This document shows positions 39,488 through 51,489 of a DNA stretch of 64,000 nt, piece by piece. Under the pieces are notes generated by a model. That model was not told the DNA's origin, did no database searches, and worked only from the letters and a program-made list of their open reading frames with translations. Position numbers and translations under genes: made by a program. Origin of the DNA: Chiloscyllium plagiosum (lineage: Eukaryota); assembly GCF_004010195.1 (NCBI RefSeq), contig NC_057718.1, positions 33,904,967 to 33,968,966 of the forward strand. The letters run 5' to 3'. Numbering within the stretch: the stretch's first letter is position 1; each line of letters begins with the position of its first letter.

Positions 39488-40290
39488 CATAAGACCATAA
39501 GACAAAGGAGTGGAAGTAAGGCCATTCGGCCCATCGAGTGTACTCCGCCATTCAATCATGGCTGATGGGCATTTCAACTCCACTTACCCGCATTCTCCCC
39601 GTAGCCCTTAATTTCTTGTGACATCAAGAATTTATCAATTTCTGCCTTGAAGACATTTAGCATCCCAGCCTCCACTACACTCTGCGGCAATGAATCCCAC
39701 AGGCCCACCACTCTCTGGCTGAAGAAATGTCTCCGCATTTCTGTTCTGAATTTACCCCCTCTAATTCTAAGGCTGTGTCCACGGGTCCTAGTCTCCTCGC
39801 CTAACGGAAACAATTTCCTAGCATCCACCCTCGCCAAGCCATGTACTATCTTGTAAGTTTCTATTAGATCTCCCCTTAAACTTTTAAACTCCAATGAATA
39901 CAATCCCAGGATCCTCAGCCGTTCCTCATATGTTAGACCTACCATTCCAGGGATCATCCGTGTGAATCTCAGCTGGACACGCTCCAGTGCCAGTATGTCC
40001 TTCCTGAGGTGTGGGGACCAAAACTGGACACAGTACTCCAAATGGGGCCTAACCAGAACTTTAAAAAGTCTCAGGAGCACAACAGTGCTTTTATATTCCA
40101 ACCCCCTTGAGATAATTAACAACATTGCATTCGCTTTCTTAATCACAGACTCAACCTGCATGTTTACCTTTACAGAATCCTCAACTAGCACTCCCAGATC
40201 CCTCTGTACTTTGGCTTTACGAACTTTCTCACCGTTTAGAAAGTAATCCATGCTTATATTCTTTTTTCCAAAGTGCAAGACCTCGCACTT
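39488..40290 (-). mobile_element. Young 5'-truncated CR1 (open RT C-terminus)
   Basis: Uninterrupted KCEVLHFG..LVRPHLEYCVQFWSPHLRKD..TRGHSLRIRG, with a (CTTATGGT)-type tail at 39488. Confidence 0.92.
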
Positions 40291-40500
40291 TAACTCTGAA
40301 TTCTCTGCATAGATGCTGCCAGACCTGCTGAGTTTCTCCAGCAATTTCTGTTTTTGATTCTGACTTACAGCATCTGCAGTTATAGTCATAGAGTCATAGA
40401 GATGTACAGCACGGAAACAGACCCTTCGGTCCAACTCGTCCATGCCGAGCAGATATCCCAACCCAATCTAGTCCCACCTGCCAGCACCCTCATGATTTTA
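40290..40500. mobile_element. Penelope pLTR fragment (+) followed by a CR1 3' tail (-)
   Basis: AGATGCTGCCAGACCTGCTGAG matches 24705-24775. (CATAGAGT)n tail at 40384. Confidence 0.7.
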
Positions 40501-40956
40501 TGCAATTTTGGCATTTATCTCAAGAGGGTTGGAATATAAAAGCACTGTTGTGCTACTGAGACTTTATAAAGCTCTGGTTAGGCCCCATTTGGAGTACTGT
40601 GTCCAGTTTTGGTCCCCACACCTCAGGAAGGACATACTGGAACTGGAGCGTGTCCAGCGGAGATTCACACGGATGATCCCTGGAATGACAGGTCCAACAT
40701 ATGAGGAACGGCTAAGGATACTGGGATTGTATTCGTTGGAGTTTAGAAGATTAAGGGGAGACTTAATAGAGACATACAAAATAATACATGGCTTGGAAAA
40801 GGTAGATGCTAGGAAATTGTTCCGTTAGACGAGGAGACTAGGACCCGTGGACACAGCCTTAGAATTAGAGGGGGTCAATTCAGAACAGAAATGCGGAGAC
40901 ATTTCTTCAGCCAGAGAGTGGTGGGCCTGTGGAATCCATTGCCACAGAGTGCAGTG
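40500..40956 (+). mobile_element. Young CR1 RT fragment running into the assembly gap
   Basis: ORF 40508-40828 is nearly the same peptide as the 39488-40290 copy, in the opposite orientation. Confidence 0.9.
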
Positions 40957-41907
40957 NNNNNNNNNNNNNNNNNNNNNNNNNNNNNNNNNNNNNNNNNNNN
41001 NNNNNNNNNNNNNNNNNNNNNNNNNNNNNNNNNNNNNNNNNNNNNNNNNNNNNNNNNNNNNNNNNNNNNNNNNNNNNNNNNNNNNNNNNNNNNNNNNNNN
41101 NNNNNNNNNNNNNNNNNNNNNNNNNNNNNNNNNNNNNNNNNNNNNNNNNNNNNNNNNNNNNNNNNNNNNNNNNNNNNNNNNNNNNNNNNNNNNNNNNNNN
41201 NNNNNNNNNNNNNNNNNNNNNNNNNNNNNNNNNNNNNNNNNNNNNNNNNNNNNNNNNNNNNNNNNNNNNNNNNNNNNNNNNNNNNNNNNNNNNNNNNNNN
41301 NNNNNNNNNNNNNNNNNNNNNNNNNNNNNNNNNNNNNNNNNNNNNNNNNNNNNNNNNNNNNNNNNNNNNNNNNNNNNNNNNNNNNNNNNNNNNNNNNNNN
41401 NNNNNNNNNNNNNNNNNNNNNNNNNNNNNNNNNNNNNNNNNNNNNNNNNNNNNNNNNNNNNNNNNNNNNNNNNNNNNNNNNNNNNNNNNNNNNNNNNNNN
41501 NNNNNNNNNNNNNNNNNNNNNNNNNNNNNNNNNNNNNNNNNNNNNNNNNNNNNNNNNNNNNNNNNNNNNNNNNNNNNNNNNNNNNNNNNNNNNNNNNNNN
41601 NNNNNNNNNNNNNNNNNNNNNNNNNNNNNNNNNNNNNNNNNNNNNNNNNNNNNNNNNNNNNNNNNNNNNNNNNNNNNNNNNNNNNNNNNNNNNNNNNNNN
41701 NNNNNNNNNNNNNNNNNNNNNNNNNNNNNNNNNNNNNNNNNNNNNNNNNNNNNNNNNNNNNNNNNNNNNNNNNNNNNNNNNNNNNNNNNNNNNNNNNNNN
41801 NNNNNNNNNNNNNNNNNNNNNNNNNNNNNNNNNNNNNNNNNNNNNNNNNNNNNNNNNNNNNNNNNNNNNNNNNNNNNNNNNNNNNNNNNNNNNNNNNNNN
41901 NNNNNNN
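40957..41907. other. Assembly gap (951 N)
   Basis: Run of N. Confidence 1.
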
Positions 41908-43040
41908 TTTTTTTTGTAGCCTTCCCAATCTTCTGATTTCCCAGTGCTCTTGGCCACTTTATAGGATGTCTCTTTTTCTTTGATAGATTTCCTGACTTCC
42001 TTTGTCAGCCATGGCTGTCTAATCCCTCCCTGGATAATCTTTCTCTTCTTGGGGATGAACCTCTGTACAGTGTCCTCAATTTTACCCACAAACTCCTGCC
42101 ATTTTTGCTCTACTGTCTTCCCCGCTAGGCTCTGCTTCCAGTCTATTTTCGTCAGTTCCTCTCTCATGCCCTCATAAATACCTTTATTTAACTGTGACAC
42201 CATTACATCCGATTTTGCCTTCTCTCTTTCAAACTGCAGACTGAACTCTACCATATTATGATCGCTACTTCCTAAGTGTTCCCTTACTTTCAGATTTTTT
42301 ATAAAGTCTGGTTCATTACAAAGCACTAGGTCCAGAATAGACTGCTCCCTTGTGGGCTCCATGACTAGCTGTTCCAAAAAGCCATCCTGTAAGCATTCCA
42401 TGAATTCCCTTTCTTTGGATCCACTGGCAACATTATTTACCCAGTCCACCTGCATATTGAAGTCTCCCATGATCACCGTGACCTTGCCTTTCTGACATGG
42501 CTTCTCTATTTCCCGATACATGTTGCGCCCCTGGTCCTGACCACTGTTAGGAGGCCTGTACATAACTCCCACTATGGTTTTTTTGCCTTTGTGGTTCCTC
42601 AATTCCACCCACACAGACTCTACATCATCCGACGCGATGTCATTCAGTGCCATAGATTTAATTTTGTTCTTAACTAACAAGGCAACCCCGCTCCCCCTGC
42701 CCACCTCCCTGTCTTTCCGATAAGTTGAAAACTCTTGGATGTTTAACTGCCAGTCCTGACCACCCTGCAACCACGTCTCTGTGATGCCTACCATATCATA
42801 ATCATTCATGATGATCTGTGCCATTTGTTCATCTGCTTTGTTACGAATGCTACGAGCATTCGGGTAAAGTGCCTTAATGCTAACTTTCTTATCATTAGAG
42901 ATATTGGAAGTCATCAGATGTCCTAAGTTATCTTTCCTTTTTGCTGCATTCCCACTCTGTCTCAAGTTTAAATCTGCCTGCACATATGCTATCCTGCTGC
43001 TTATCTTTCCATTCAACTCCATACTCCCTGTCGCTTTCAC
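41908..43040 (-). mobile_element. CR1 ORF2 N-terminus (APE endonuclease), open up to the gap
   Basis: NARSIRNK, GITETW, YRPPNS, MGDFN, LDLVL and SDHNMV motifs. Confidence 0.93.
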
Positions 43041-43089
43041 TTTCCCTTCCCCCCCCCCAACTCAGAAGTTTAAAGTCCTACTGACCACC

Positions 43090-43980
43090 CTATTTATCCT
43101 CTTCTGATTGGTTCAGGTGGAGACTGTCCCAACGGTATGGATCCCCCCGGTTCCAAAACTGATGCCAATGCCCCATGAAGTGGAATCCCTCTTTCCCACA
43201 CCAATCCCTTAGCCACGTGTTTACTTCCCTAATTTTCTTATCCCTTTGCCAATTGACACATGGCTCGGGTAGTAATCCGGAGATTATGACCCTTGAGGAC
43301 CTGTACTTCAATTTCCTTCCGAGTGCTCGATAATCCCCAAACAGGTCCTCCACCCTAGTCTTGCCTATGTTGTTAGTCCCAACGCGGACCACAACAACTG
43401 AATCCTCCCCCTCCCGCTCCAATATCCTTTCAAGCCGGTCAGAGATGTCCCGAACCCTGGCACGGGGCAGGCTACACACCATGTGGGACTCCCGATCCGG
43501 CTTGCAAAGGATACTATCTGTCCCCCTAATTATAGAATCCTCTATAACAACTACTTGTCTTTTTGCTCCCCCCTCTTGAATGGCCTTCTGCACCATGGTG
43601 CCGTGGTCAGCTGGCACATCCTGTCCAGAGCCCTTTTCCTCATCCATACAGGGAGCAAGAATCTCATACCTGTTGGACAAGGTCAAGGGCTGAGGCTCCT
43701 GCACTCCTGAACTCAGGTTCCCCCTACCTGCCTCACTTACAGTCACATTCTGATGTCCCTGATCACTAACTGAATGTGAATTACTTAATCTCCCAGGTGT
43801 GACTGCCTCCTGAAACAAAGCGTCCAGGTAACTCTCCCCCTCCCAGATGTACCGCAGTGTTTGAAGCTCAGATTCCAGATCATCAACTCTGATCCGGAGT
43901 TCTTCCAGCAACCAACACTTGCGGCAGATGTGGTCACTACCATTCACAATGGGATCAGCCAGCTCACATATATGCACCAC
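43090..43980 (-). mobile_element. CR1 ORF1 (zinc-finger/leucine zipper plus SGNH esterase)
   Basis: HICRKC..LRIRVDDLESEL, LSNRYEIL, VVVIEDSIIRG (GDS block), GTNN and DSLHLN. Confidence 0.9.
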
Positions 43981-45554
43981 TTCCCTGTAGAAGTTACCAG
44001 ACAGAAATCAGGAGACAGAGCCAGGGCTTTTTTGCCATAATTTGGCTCAGCTCATAGATGCTGCAATCAACTATAGCATCCCCATTACTACCAGCTTGTG
44101 ATTAATGTGTTTGGCTGCCAGACCATATCATGTATACTGTACTAGCTTAACAAATGCTGCAGGGTTTCTATTTGTATATTTTCCAGCAAACAGTAGTCTT
44201 CCAATATTTTCATGGTTAGAGTTTGCATTAATAAAACTTGATTACTTTAATATGATTTTATATACGTGTGAATCTGCAATGTAACATAAGAAAGTCAATT
44301 TAACTAAAGTGTAAAAATGCACTGCCTAAGGTAACTGGATAAGGTTTTTTATAACTGTTGTTTCATAGTGAGTTTCCAATAGTCTGAAGTTGATTGCATT
44401 TGTAGCCAAATAAACATTCCTGAGGAAGAGGGAATATTGAATCGCAAAGCACGTCAGGCTGCTCTCAGAAGCACTTTGTAGAGGTGGTGGTTCTCTGTCT
44501 GCTATCATTGAGTCAGTTAATTCAAGACAACTTTGCAAAGCACAGAACATTTTTAAAATACATTTTTATTGCAAATCCAGGTACAGTCCTTTCACCTATT
44601 TTCTCATCTTGTGACATATCTGTTACTGTTAAAACTGGAATTTAAGCTTAGACATTGAGTGCTTTAGCACTTTATTTCTTTTGAATTAAAAGGTGTAGAC
44701 CTAGTTTAATGTATATTCTGTAATATGGAAAATTTGGCAATTAATTAATACTTTATATTGTAATATAACTTATTTTACCTTTGATTATAATCTAATAGCT
44801 TGTGTTTTGTATTGTTCATTGCAATACTAAGAACAAATGAGTGGAGAGTACCCAAATAAATAATAGATTATTACTCTGATTTTCTTATTATTCTCTATCT
44901 GCCTGAGAATATGGTTATCACCTCCATAACGCAAGTCCAAACTTTCTCAAGACTTCATAAAATATAATTTTGCCATTAGTCATTAATCTTTTTTGATGTT
45001 TTATGAGTTGAAAGTCTTAACTGTGTTTCTGCACCAATAAACACAGTTTTGTGACCTCAATAAGGCAGAGTTCATTCTTTTGTAACCAAGCACGTACGTG
45101 ACTTCCTCTCATTGTGTAGCATATCCTTAGGATATGCTACACAATGTACAGCATGACATTTCAGCTTGTGGACATGAGTACTGAGCAAAACCCTAATTGC
45201 TGAATATCAAATATGACACAGTCCTGAGTGTGAAAGAAGTAAATATGGAGCAAAATACTTGATGACATATGCTTCTTCTTGACATGAGAAATTGCTTATA
45301 AAGTATAATTTGCACATGATTTGTTTTATTACATCAGACAGTTAATTTAAAATGGTGCTCACACTTGTACTTTGTCCTCTAGATGTAGTGACAAGGTTTT
45401 GTTTTTATTTTAATGTTTCTGCAACTGACCGCCAGTGATTAACATTGAATCTCCACCCCAGTGGCATTATTGGAGGTAGGGTATGATTAATCACATGGAG
45501 AGGAATGAGGAATAATTAGGATGAATACACCACCACCTTCAATCAATTAAGCCC

Positions 45555-45875
45555 CTGATGTAGAGGTGTTGGATTGGAATGGACAAGCTCAAATGTCACA
45601 CAGCACCAGGGTGTAGCCCAACAGGTTTATTTGAAATCACAAGCTTTTGGAGTACTACTCCTTCATCAGGTGAAGTCTTCACTTTTTAGCGGGCAGTTTG
45701 TGGTGTCGATGGTAGCCATGATGTGGAGGTGCCAGTGTTGGATTGGGGTGGACAAGTTAGAAGTCGCATGATACCCAGTTGCAGTCCAATAGGTTTATTT
45801 GAGCAGCGCTCCAAAAGCTTGTCAAATAAACGTGTTAGATGATAATCTGGTGTCGTGTGACTTCTGACCTTGGCC
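45555..45875. mobile_element. Two adjacent Penelope-like pLTR units (family C) with fold-backs
   Basis: Direct repeat 45557-45632 / 45718-45800. Minus-strand hammerhead TCAC-CTGATGA-A-GGAGTA(G)TACTCC-AAAA-GC-TT-GTGA. Inverted arm 45801-45872, with CAATTAAG on both flanks. Confidence 0.65.
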
Positions 45876-46261
45876 AATTAAGTCTAGGTTGTGAGGGTTC
45901 ACAGATGGTTTTCCAGCCTTGCCTGAGAAAGGCACTTAAGTGTACAATTAACACCTATTTGAGAATCTCGTGCTGTGGAAGGGTTTGATATTCAACAAGC
46001 ATTGGGCAGGAGAATCACAACGCATTGAGAGCAAAAGGAATAATACTTCTAGTTTGCTTGCAGACATCAGGGTGAGTCTCACACAAAGGTACTCAGTGCC
46101 TAATCAAGGCACCTAATAATGGGAGGGGCTCCTGCTGAGAACCACCCCCGACCCTTTCTATTGACACCCCCTAAACTCTACCATGATCCCAGCTTGCCAT
46201 TGTTCACTTTTGGTTTGATTCTGCGCTGTGCTCCATTTTGGGCACCACACCTAAGGAAAGA

Positions 46262-49200
46262 GGCTGACAGTGGGGGAAGGAGACTGCTGCCACACTGCAG
46301 ACAATGGGGGAAAGGAGATTGCTGCCACACCGCCGACACTAGTGGAGGGAGACTGCTGCCACGCCGCCAATACTGGGGGATGGGTTCTGCTGCCACAATG
46401 CTGACACTGGGGGAAGCAGACTGCTGCCACACTGCCGACAATGGGGAGGGAGACTGCTGCCACACTGCCGACAATGGGGAGGGAGACTGCTGCCACACTG
46501 CCGACAATGGGGGAAGGAGACTGCTGTCACACTGCCGACAATGGGGAGGGAGACTGCTGCCACACTGCCGACAATGGGGAGGGAGACTGCTGCCACACTG
46601 CTGACACTGGGGGCGGGAGACTGCTGTCACACTGCCGACACTGGGGAGGGAGACTGCTGTCACACCGCCGACACTGGGGAGGGAGACTGCTGTCCACACT
46701 GCTGACACTGGAAGGAGACAGCTGTCACTCCGCCGACACTATGGGAAAGGAGACTGCTGTCACACTGCTGACACTGGGGAGGGAGACTGCTGTCACACTG
46801 CTGACACTGGGGAAGGAGACTGCTGTCACACTGCAGACACTGGGGAGGGAGACTGCTGTCACACTGCCAACATTGGGGGAAGGTGATTGCTGCCACACTG
46901 CCAACACTTGGGGAGGGAGACTGCTGTCACATTGCTGACACTGGGGGAGGGAGACTACTGCCACACCGCCAACACTAGGGGAAGGTGATTGCTGCCACAC
47001 TGCCGACAATGGGGAGGGAGACTGCTGCCACACTGCTGACACTGGGGGAGGGAGACTGCTGTCACACTGCCGACACTGGGGAGGGAGACTGCTGCCACAC
47101 TGCCGACACTGGAAGGAAGACAGCTGTCACTCCGCCGACACTATGGGAAAGGAGACTGCTGCCACACTGCAAACACTGGGGAGGGAGACTGCTGTCACAC
47201 TGCCAACACTGGGGAGGGAGACTGCTGCCACACAACCAACACTGGGGAAAGGTGATTGCTGCCACACTGCCAAACTTGGGGAGGGAGACTGCTGACACAC
47301 TGCCGACACTGGGGGAAGGAGATTCCTGCCACACTGCTGACACTGGGGAGGGAGACTTCTGCCACACTGCTTACACTGGGGGACCTAGACTGCTGACACT
47401 GGGGAGGGAGACTTCTGCCACACTGCTTACACTGGGGGACCGAGACTGCTGACACTGGGGAGGGAAACTGCTGTCACACTGCTGACACTGGAAGGAGACA
47501 GCTGTCACTCCGCCGACACTATGGGAAAGGAGACTGCTGTCACACTGCTGACACTGGGGAGGGAGACTGCTGTCACACTGCTGACACTGGGGAGGGAGAC
47601 TGCTGCCACACTGCTGACACTGGGGAGGGAGACTGCTGCCACACTGCCGACACTGGGGAGGGAGACTGCTGTCACACTGCTGACACTGGGGAGGGAGACT
47701 GCAGTCACACTGCTGACACTGGGGGAGGGAGACTGCTGTCATACTGCTGACACTGGGGAGGGAGACTGCTGTCACACTGCCGACAATGGGGAGGGAGACT
47801 GCTGTCACACTGCCGACACTGGGGAGGGAGACTGCTGCCACACTGCTGACACTGGAAGGAGACAGCTGTCACTCCGCCGACCCTATGGGAAAGGAGACTG
47901 CAAACACTGGGGAGGGATTCTGCTGTCACACTGCAAACACTGGGGAGGGAGACTGCTGCCACACCACCAACACTGGGGGAAGGTGATTGCTGCCACACTG
48001 CCAACACTTGGGGAGGGAGACTGCTGACACACTGCCGACACTGGGGGAAGGAGATTCCTGCCACACTGCTTACACTGGGGGACCGAGACTGCTGACACTG
48101 GGGAGGGAGACTTCTGCCACACTGCTTACACTGGGGAGGGAGACTGCTGCCACACTGCTTACACTGGAAGGAGACAGCTGTCACTCCGCCGACACTATGG
48201 GAAAGGAGACTGCTGCCACACTGCTGACACTGGGGAGGGAGACTGCTGCCACACTGCTGACACTGGGGAGGGAGACTGCAGTCACACTGCCGACACTGGG
48301 GAGGGAGACTGCTGTCACACTGCTGACACTGGGGGAGGGAGACTGCTGCCACACTGCTGACACACTGCCGACTCTGGGGAGGGAGACTGCTGCCACACTG
48401 TCGACACTGGGGAAAGGAGACTGCTGACACTGGGGGAAGGAGATTCCTGCCACTCTGCTGACACTGGGGGAAGGAGATTCCTGTCACACTGCCGACACTG
48501 GGGAGGGAGACTGCTGTCCACACTGCTGACACTGGGGAGGGAGACTGCTGTCACACTGCCGACACTGGGGAGGGAGACTGCTGCCACACTGCTTACACTG
48601 GGGGAAGGAGATTCCTGACACACTGCTGACACTGGGGGAGGGAGACTTCTGCCCCACTGCTTACACTGGGGGAGGGAGACTGCTGTCACACTTCCGACAC
48701 TGGGGAGGGAGACTGCTGTCACACTGCTGACACTGGGGAGGGAGACTGCTGCCACACTGCCAACACTGGGGAGGGAGACTGCTGCCACACTGCCGACACT
48801 GGGGAGGGAGACTGCTGCCACACCGCTGACACTGGGGAGGGAGACTGCTGCCACACTGCCGACACTGGGGAGGGAGACTGCTGCCACACTGCTGACACTG
48901 GGGAGGGAGACTGCTGCCACACCGCCGACACTGGGGAGGGAGACTGCTGTCCACACTGCCGACACTGGGGAGGGAGACTGCTGTCACACTGCCGACACTG
49001 AGGAGGGAGACTGCTGTCACACTGCTGACACTGGGGGAGGGAGACTGCTGTCACACTGCCGACACTGGGGAGGGAGACTGCTGCCACACCGCCAACCCTG
49101 GGGGAAGGAGATTGCTGCCACACCGCCAACACTGGGGGAGGGAGATTCCTGCCACACTGCCGACACTGGGGGAGGGAGACTGCTGTCACCCTGCCGACAC

Positions 49201-49310
49201 TGGGGGAGGGAGACTGCTGCCATATTGCCGACACTGGGGGAAGGAGACTGCTGCCATACTGCCGACTCTCCAGGAAAGGGGCCACTCCCATACTGCTGAC
49301 ACTCTGGGAG
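46262..49310. repeat. GC-rich minisatellite, 33-bp unit ACTGCTG(C/T)CACACTGC(C/T)GACACTGGGGAGGGAG, about 90 units
   Basis: Tandem periodicity is directly visible. 34-bp variants and recurring variant blocks occur. Confidence 0.97.
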
Positions 49311-49474
49311 GGGTACTGATGTTGCCATTAAAGGAGAAAAAAAAAAGTTAAAGAAAGTGAGAGAAAAAGGAACAAGGTAAAGGCAGATGGAAGCAGACGA
49401 GCCCAGGCCTTAGGACGTGGGCACAAAATCTGCTACTGCACTTTCCACTCCCCTTTCCTGCTCTCTCTCCCTAT

Positions 49475-49810
49475 TTAAGATGTTGTAGTTGTTTAAGGAA
49501 TGTTACAAATTGACTGTAATTATTACCTCTGGAAAATCTGTCTAGAACAAGAGAATAGAATCTTAAAATTAGAGTCATTACCTTTTAGGGTAATGTCAGA
49601 AAGCACTTCTTCGTAAGAAGTTTAGTAGAAATCTGAAACTCTAGTATGAGTACAACTTTTCAGGCTAGGTCAATTGAACTTTTCAAAAGTGAGATTGATG
49701 GATTTTTGTGCAAAACGAATGTAAAGATTTGAGGTAGGTAGATGCAGTTATGATGCAAATTGGCTCTGATCTAATTGGATGTCAGAACAGGTTGCATGGT
49801 CTACTGCAGA
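49475..49810 (+). mobile_element. Old CR1 3' fragment
   Basis: TAGAACAAGAG..CTTAAAATTAGAG..GTCAGAAAGCACTTCTTC resembles the CR1 TRGHxLKIR..RKHFF region. Confidence 0.6.
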
Positions 49811-51489
49811 AGTTTCTCCATTTAGCTTTCTTTGTCACTATTCACATGTGCATCTTCCTTTCTTTACCACTAGTATATTTCCTTTGATATACGTCTGGCT
49901 TCTTTCAGGTTGTGCGAGTAGCTGCAACAACTCCAGTATTGGACTTAATGAGATTTTCTAACACATCCAGTTGTGTTTTTTTCCCTCTAGTTTGCTTTTG
50001 GAACTTCCCAAAGTTAGCCTTCTGTTTCATGAGCAAACTAAAAGTTATTCATTACAATGCTGGCTTGGTAATGTACAAATAATCTCAGTAATGAAATTGA
50101 AGGAAAAGGAACTATTAACCGGTAAAACATTTAATGTTGCAAAAACATGTAGGTAGTTGACCAGGAAAAGCCTATGGCTGATATTTGTAAGCCACTGGTG
50201 GGCAGGGAAACAGGCAAATGGATCTGTACAATAGAGCTGCCCAGCCATCAATGGCATGCTCGCTGACCACCTCAGACCAGCTACAATTTTACAGTTGTTG
50301 GGTAGGTGCCAGTGGACAATCGTCTGGAGCCCAATTACTAAGGCCCCCTCCGTGGGCAATTAAAACCAATTTAATAGCCTCAGCCTGTTGCTTAAATCTA
50401 CAGTCCGTGGTCCATGAAAGATAAGATTGTGCCTCCTTTCCAGGTTTCTTATACTAATTAGGACCCCCACCACAGTTCTTACCGTCCTCCCAAACCACAG
50501 AGCTCCCATTCCCAACTTTGTCCAATATGCTTCTCCCACAACTCATGAGGTCCTGATGAGCTGACCCCTGTCTTGGAGATACCAAATCCATGATATCCAT
50601 AGTCCCTTTTCTTCCTGGGCCTCCTACGATGTTCGCACTGGCCACTGATATTAGTGAGGTGAGCTGCTGGTCTTCGATTGTCCAGCAACTCTACAAGGCA
50701 GAGTTTCCTCCTGGAGATGGACCAAAGTCTAGATACATGGTAATTATAGGGCTGTTGGCTAAAAAAATTAATGTGGGCCAATCTAACCAAGTAGAGCCAG
50801 GCTTGCTTCCAAAATCAAAACTGGGATGCAGGGAGCCCAACCTCACTGTAAAACCTAGCATCATGTCTAAAAGCCTGTTCCATGATTTGAAAACATAATT
50901 AATTCCTGACTTGCTCTATTTTAATTATGTTGCAACAGGGTCTACTGTTGTGAATGAAACAATTATTTCTAAAAAGAATTAATTAGAAATATTATTTCAA
51001 TTAAACCTGTCGCCCCAAAAGAAATTTGTGTCAAGTAGCTGAAGCACCAGTTAACAACGCTTGCAATTTAGATCCACACAGAAGGTTATTGTGCGTGTCT
51101 TGCCTCTATTGTTGATCTTTTTTTAACCAGTGAGGGATGAAGTTGTGCGGTTTGTTTTATTGCTCCCAGTGTGGGGTGTGTGTAAGAGAGTCTGAATTGA
51201 AATAATATAAATTAAGGTTCTTTCTTGGAGAAAATAATTGAATTAAAGAGTTTTGGCTGTTTCAAGTCTAGACTTATTGATTTGTTTTGGGACCTAAGTT
51301 CAATTAAATAACATCTGAAAACTTTGGAAATTGACTTTAGTCAAAAGGACATCTTTACCAGGAAAGCTATGCATTCCTTTTGAAGATCATGGACAACTTT
51401 GATATCGTTTTGGAGATGTGCATATTTTATTGTGAGTATGTAACGACATCACAGCTCTCCTTAATGCCTATTTCAAGAATTTACTTTTC

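Noticed and set aside
40825..41983. Long ORFs of 335-721 aa crossing the gap
   Set aside because: Their lengths are artefacts of translating Ns. Only the CR1 parts outside the gap are real.
46262..49310. CRISPR-like array, or Cys/His-rich repeat proteins (GEGDCCHTADT, PQCQQC) from the many ORFs
   Set aside because: Units are contiguous with no unique spacers, in a vertebrate intron. Long ORFs arise on both strands because the 33-bp unit is a multiple of 3 and largely stop-free.
51020..51115. LCQVAEA peptide resembling THADA FCQVDA
   Set aside because: There is no suitable acceptor, the similarity does not extend, and an in-frame stop follows.
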